Assembly (NCBI GenBank): GCA_001643675.2
Contig: LSRY02000080.1
Coordinates: 1 to 53,346 of the forward strand
DNA length: 53,346 nucleotides
Direction: 5' to 3'
From: Monocercomonoides exilis PA203
Lineage: Eukaryota; Protista; Preaxostyla
The position numbers and the translations under genes are program-made. Positions within the stretch are counted from its first letter, which is position 1. Each line of letters begins with the position of its first letter. Shown in pieces: positions 48,864 through 53,346 of this stretch. The notes under the pieces are model-generated. The model searched no databases, had not been told where the DNA came from, and saw nothing but the letters and a program-made list of their open reading frames with translations.

Positions 48864-50490
48864 ATGTTTTTGAAGTTTATGCTATTACGCGCCAATGCAT
48901 CATTTAAAAAAGTTGCACAATCTGATCAGCAAAATTCAGATAATAATAAACCTCCGCAACCGAAATTTATCCAACTTTTGAAAAATCTAGGCTTGATATT
49001 TGAAGATGGATGTTTTATGTTTGGTTTGTTGTTGTTGTTTTATATCTCTCTAAAAATCTTAATGACTCGTTCGTTCTATTAAATTTATTTCAGAGGCAAA
49101 TTCGTTTGAAACAAAAAGTAAACTTGAACTGTATCTTCAAGACGATGAAAAGAAAAATGAATTCTTGAGATTGCTTGATGATTACACCTCGTCTATGAAA
49201 TCTTTTCATGCGCTTCTTGTCGGAGTAATTTCTCAGTCATTGTTTGTGCTTGTTTTTCTCAAATATTTCACATTAGTTTTGAAAGAGATCAATCAATTTC
49301 TTCATTATCATGGGGGACTGGGGAAAGTGTAATTAGAATGCTATTGAATTCTGCTAAAATACAAAAGATGTTGCATCTATTTTGTTGGATCGAATTCTAG
49401 AATTCGCAATGGAGATGTGTGCTTTTCAAAAGTTATTTTTTCATTCGTTGATTTTCTTTTATCATTTTTGAAAAGAGAAACAAAGCCTTCTTTAATTGTG
49501 TCATCACCTCAACATGTTACTATTATTCAGCTTTCTCTGAAACAGCTTTCCTGGCTGGATAATCTTGAATGTGATCGATTTGTTATCAACAGACTGATAG
49601 AGATAGTCCAGATGATAACCCCACGAACTGTGAACTTGTCCAGCTCAAGAAGCAATGGAAACTCTACGTCTACGGTGAATTGCGATCTGCGATCAGAAAT
49701 TATTTTGGCACTTCCAGGAATTGCGTCTGATGCCATCCATCCAGTCGTTGCTGAGATGCTCTGTCGTATTGCAAAGGAGACTGATGGTGAGAAGTCGCTG
49801 CCAGCCATCCTACAAACATTCTCGTTCCTTCGAATACCCGAAAAGCAGGCTGAAGAAGCGCGTGCGTTGTGCATGACTGCACTTCGCACGGCGCCGTTCC
49901 ATCTTCTTCCGCCAATTGTGGACTATCTGTTCACGAACAGCTCAGCGGGGTTGCTTGGTTTACGCGATGATGCAAAGAAGAAGAAGGCGTATGGATTGTT
50001 TGATGAGATACTGATGAACATCAATCTGTGTGTGTTTGGGCGAGAGAGAGAAAGAGCACTGGAAAAGGAAAGAGGATATGAAGGTGGAGAGAAGAGTATA
50101 GTCAGAGGCAGAAGCATTGGGAGTTACTCTCAGTCAACTTCTTCTTCTTCTTCTTCTTCATCGTCTGCGCTCAATGCACAAAACATTGCAGAAGCAGAAC
50201 TTGCTGCTATGCTCAAAAAAGCGTGCACATCCAATCCTGATTTTGCTGATTATCTGAACACTCGCTATCACAGAATATTCACTTCTTCTTCATCTCAATC
50301 TTCTTCTTCCTCCTCCTCTCCTTCTTCCATGGCACATCAATATCCTCCTCTTTCTAGTCAGTTCATTTCATCTTCTTTGTCTCCTCTCTCTTCTTCGTCT
50401 GCATCTCGCTTCTCTTCTGATCTCTTTCCACTAGACATTTGGCTTCTCTTCTTTCTGTTCTCTTCCACTTCATCCACTTCATCATCATCA

Positions 50491-50521
<31 letters not shown>

Positions 50522-53346
50522 TGTCTGCTTTGTCTTCTGTCCAATCGTCTCACCGCTTTTTGCTGGGCAGGTGTGGCTGAAGGCAGCTGAACGAGAAGGG
50601 AACACGCTCATTCCTCTGATTGAAACTGCCCTCAGCCCACTTCATTCGACTGCTCTGAACGACAATTACGAGGCTGTTGGACTTTGGCATCGATGCTGAT
50701 GCTGCGGGAAGCGACGGAGAAGGGAAAGGAAAGGGGAGAGGGAGAGGGAAGAAAAATGGAATGGGGTCCGGAAAATAGTGGGCGGAGAAATAAAGAGAGA
50801 GATAGAATTGCTGCTGATGAAGTCTATTTCAAAATCTCCTCTTGCTCTTTCATCGTCATCGTCATCCATTTCGTCCTCATCAGCAACTTTCTCTTCTTCT
50901 TCACTCATTCACAAATGCCAGCAGCTGAGCAGCACGCTCTTTCTCTGCTCCTTCTCCACTTTTTCGTCTCCTTCATCTCGTCAGGATATTCTTGCCCGTC
51001 TCCTCACATTTGCTGGCTCTTCCAACCAGCACACATCTGATGCCTCTCTTTCTCTCTCCACATCTGCGAGCAGAAGACAGAAGAAATGCGTCGGGTAGTT
51101 GCCTTTGCGCAGTCGCTGATGGAGTTTGTAGGTTCGTTTTCGCTGCAGCAGATAGAGAAGGTGTTCCGAATAGAGGCTGTGCTGGCAATGAGAGGGGCAG
51201 ACATCAATGAAGGGCTGAAGGAGACGCTGAACATGGTCATTGTGAAGGAGGTGAACAGGCCAGTGAACAAGACACTCGAAGGCGTGAGGAGGGTGCTGCT
51301 GCTGAGGAGAACTGCTGTGGAGGATGGGAATGCGCAGAATGACAGATTGTTTGGGAGAATGAAGATGTCAAATGGGAAAGATAATGGAAATGAAGCTGGG
51401 GAAGAAGAGAACTCAGAAATGGAACATTCAGTTGTGGATGACATGCACAATTCATCATCATCGGCTTCTTCTTCATATTCTTCATATTCTTATCCTTCCT
51501 CTTCCTCTTCCTCTCTTTCTGTTGCGAGTCATGAAAGCAATGCCACTATGTCCATTTTGGCTGTCTTCCAGACATTCACATCGCCTCAACATCAGTCTTC
51601 CTTCCTTTCTGTTTATTCTTCTTCATCTGGCTTCTCTTCTCTGCCTTCTGCACTAACAGCCCTTGTTCCTCAGACAATTGGAGTGATTGGAGTGATTAGC
51701 TTTGTGCATGAGTTGTCTCTCAGATGTTTAATACTATCGAATGAGTCAGCTCTTTCATCTTCATCCTCTTCTTCTTCTTCTTCTCTCTTTGAGCATCAGC
51801 AGGAAATCTCTTCTCTCATCACTTTTGCTCGTTCAAAGCTGAAGAACAGTTCTCCTCTTTCTCGCATTCTCCTGCTCCGCTTGCTATCCAACGAGGTGCG
51901 TTTGTGCAGTCTTCCGCAGGACGCTGCATTCACTCTGATAGAAAGTGTGTCTGATGAAGTGGAACGATATGGTTTGGAGCTGAATCAGATGGGGAGTGTG
52001 GAAGGAGCAGTTGGAGATGATGGGTATGCTGGCTCTTCTTCCTCGTCTCTTTCGACTGGCGGAGCGAATTTTCTGTCAGCAGAGGCAGTCAGACAGCAGA
52101 TAGCTGCACAGTCGCTGATGGCAGCACTCAAAGAGAGAGCGAGAAAGCACAGGAAAAAGAGCATGAGAAGGAAAAAGAGATCGACAGGCAGTTGGAAATG
52201 AGCATATTGAGGCAGAAGAATGCGCTGGAGAAAGGCAGCATCACACCCGAACAGCACAAAAGAAGCGTCGACATTCTGAAGAGTGAAGCAGAAGAGCAGA
52301 AGAAGCAGCTGCGGGAAGAGCTGACCAGTTTCCTGCAGCAGCAGAGCGAGCAGCAGTTCGCACTGGAGCAGCAGAGCCAGCAGTACCAGCAGCTCTATCT
52401 GATCTCCTCGCAGCCACCACCGCCTCGCTTCCGGGTGAACACATCGAGAGACGCTTTTCCGCCTGTGTTGATTCCGCGTGTGGTGTTCAACACAGAACAG
52501 GAAGACAGTCAGATCCTGTTTAACATTCTGAGATGTGTGAAACGGAACCCGTCGGAGGCGCTTGTCCACCCAGCCAGACTCACTTTCATTGCATCTGGGA
52601 CAATCTTCCAGAACATCGTGGCACCTCCTCAGCAGACACAGATGATGGAGTCGCTGACTCCTTCTTCTTCTCTTTCTTCTTCCTCTTCCTCTTCTGCCAC
52701 GCCTTCTCCTCCGTGTTTCCCTTCAACATCAGCTGTGGCAAATGCGTTGTCTGATATTAGTGGGATTCTTCTGTCTTGTCACTGTCTGTTTGATGAAAAG
52801 ACGCTGCTGAGATTTTATCTGAATCAAAACAAACAATATTTTGATGGAGAAGGGAACGAAAGGAATAACAAGATGAAGATATTATCAGATGATGAAGAAA
52901 ACAATGAAAATTATGAAGCTGAAGATGGCAATGATGGCAAAGAAGAAGAAGAAAACAATGATGCTGAAAGAAGCAGCAGCAGAAGCAAATGCGATGACGA
53001 TGATGTTGTGGATAACGATGGATTCACAAGAATGCAGCCAGATGAAGAGTCAGATGATGAAGGAAACACAGAAGAAGAAAAAGGATCTCTTCTTCAAGCA
53101 AACAAAGCGACTCAACAAAAGACATGATATCTTCTCATTCAAATTCAAAAACTTCTTCTTCTCTTCCTCAGCTGTCTGTTGAGCCTTATCACTTAAACAC
53201 AGCGTGTTTGTCTCTTTACCTGTCTCTGTCTTTTCTGAGGGAAGTGCTGAATGTCTATTCGTTCTCAACAGAAAGGACAGTCCAGTGCATTCTTCTCATT
53301 CAGCTGAGCAGAGCTGTGTCATTAGCACGCTGTCTGACAAGATGGG
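48864..53346 (+). pseudogene. FANCD2: FANCD2-like gene, frameshifted in this sequence and running off the window
   Basis: KQLSWLD, EIILALPGI, LPAILQTFSFLRI, LLPPIVDYL, RQDILARLLT, SLQQIEKVF, NMVIVKEV and IGVIGV follow the order of FANCD2 N-terminal motifs. The frame changes at about 50570, 50690, 50780, 51090 and 52195. Confidence 0.75.

Overview
AT-rich, intron-rich eukaryotic protist DNA in the standard genetic code. The expanded 'KEVEMALLALSNI' gene family and the Ser-rich inserts suggest an oxymonad such as Monocercomonoides (inference). The first 13.7 kb is a nested transposon structure that can be fully resolved from the sequence. A Merlin/IS1595-like element (774-13472; 26-bp GG-ended TIRs; 8-bp TSD TTTAAGTT; intron-containing DDE transposase) has been hit twice by the same hAT element: copy A at 1932-7254 (TSD TCACGAAG) and copy B at 7487-13388 (TSD TTATAAAT). 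The two copies lie head-to-head 232 bp apart and form an ~11.5-kb near-perfect palindrome. Each carries a 30-bp KAQKEKEAKV-coding minisatellite (11 vs 32 units). A 200-bp MITE-like hairpin follows. The rest of the window holds a divergent, very large XRN1-family exoribonuclease, an HGH1 pseudogene, two paralogs of a lineage-specific family, an ARH1-type ADP-ribosylhydrolase, a DNAH6-like inner-arm dynein heavy chain and a frameshifted FANCD2-like gene. Two GC-AG introns split catalytic motifs, one in XRN and one in ARH1.
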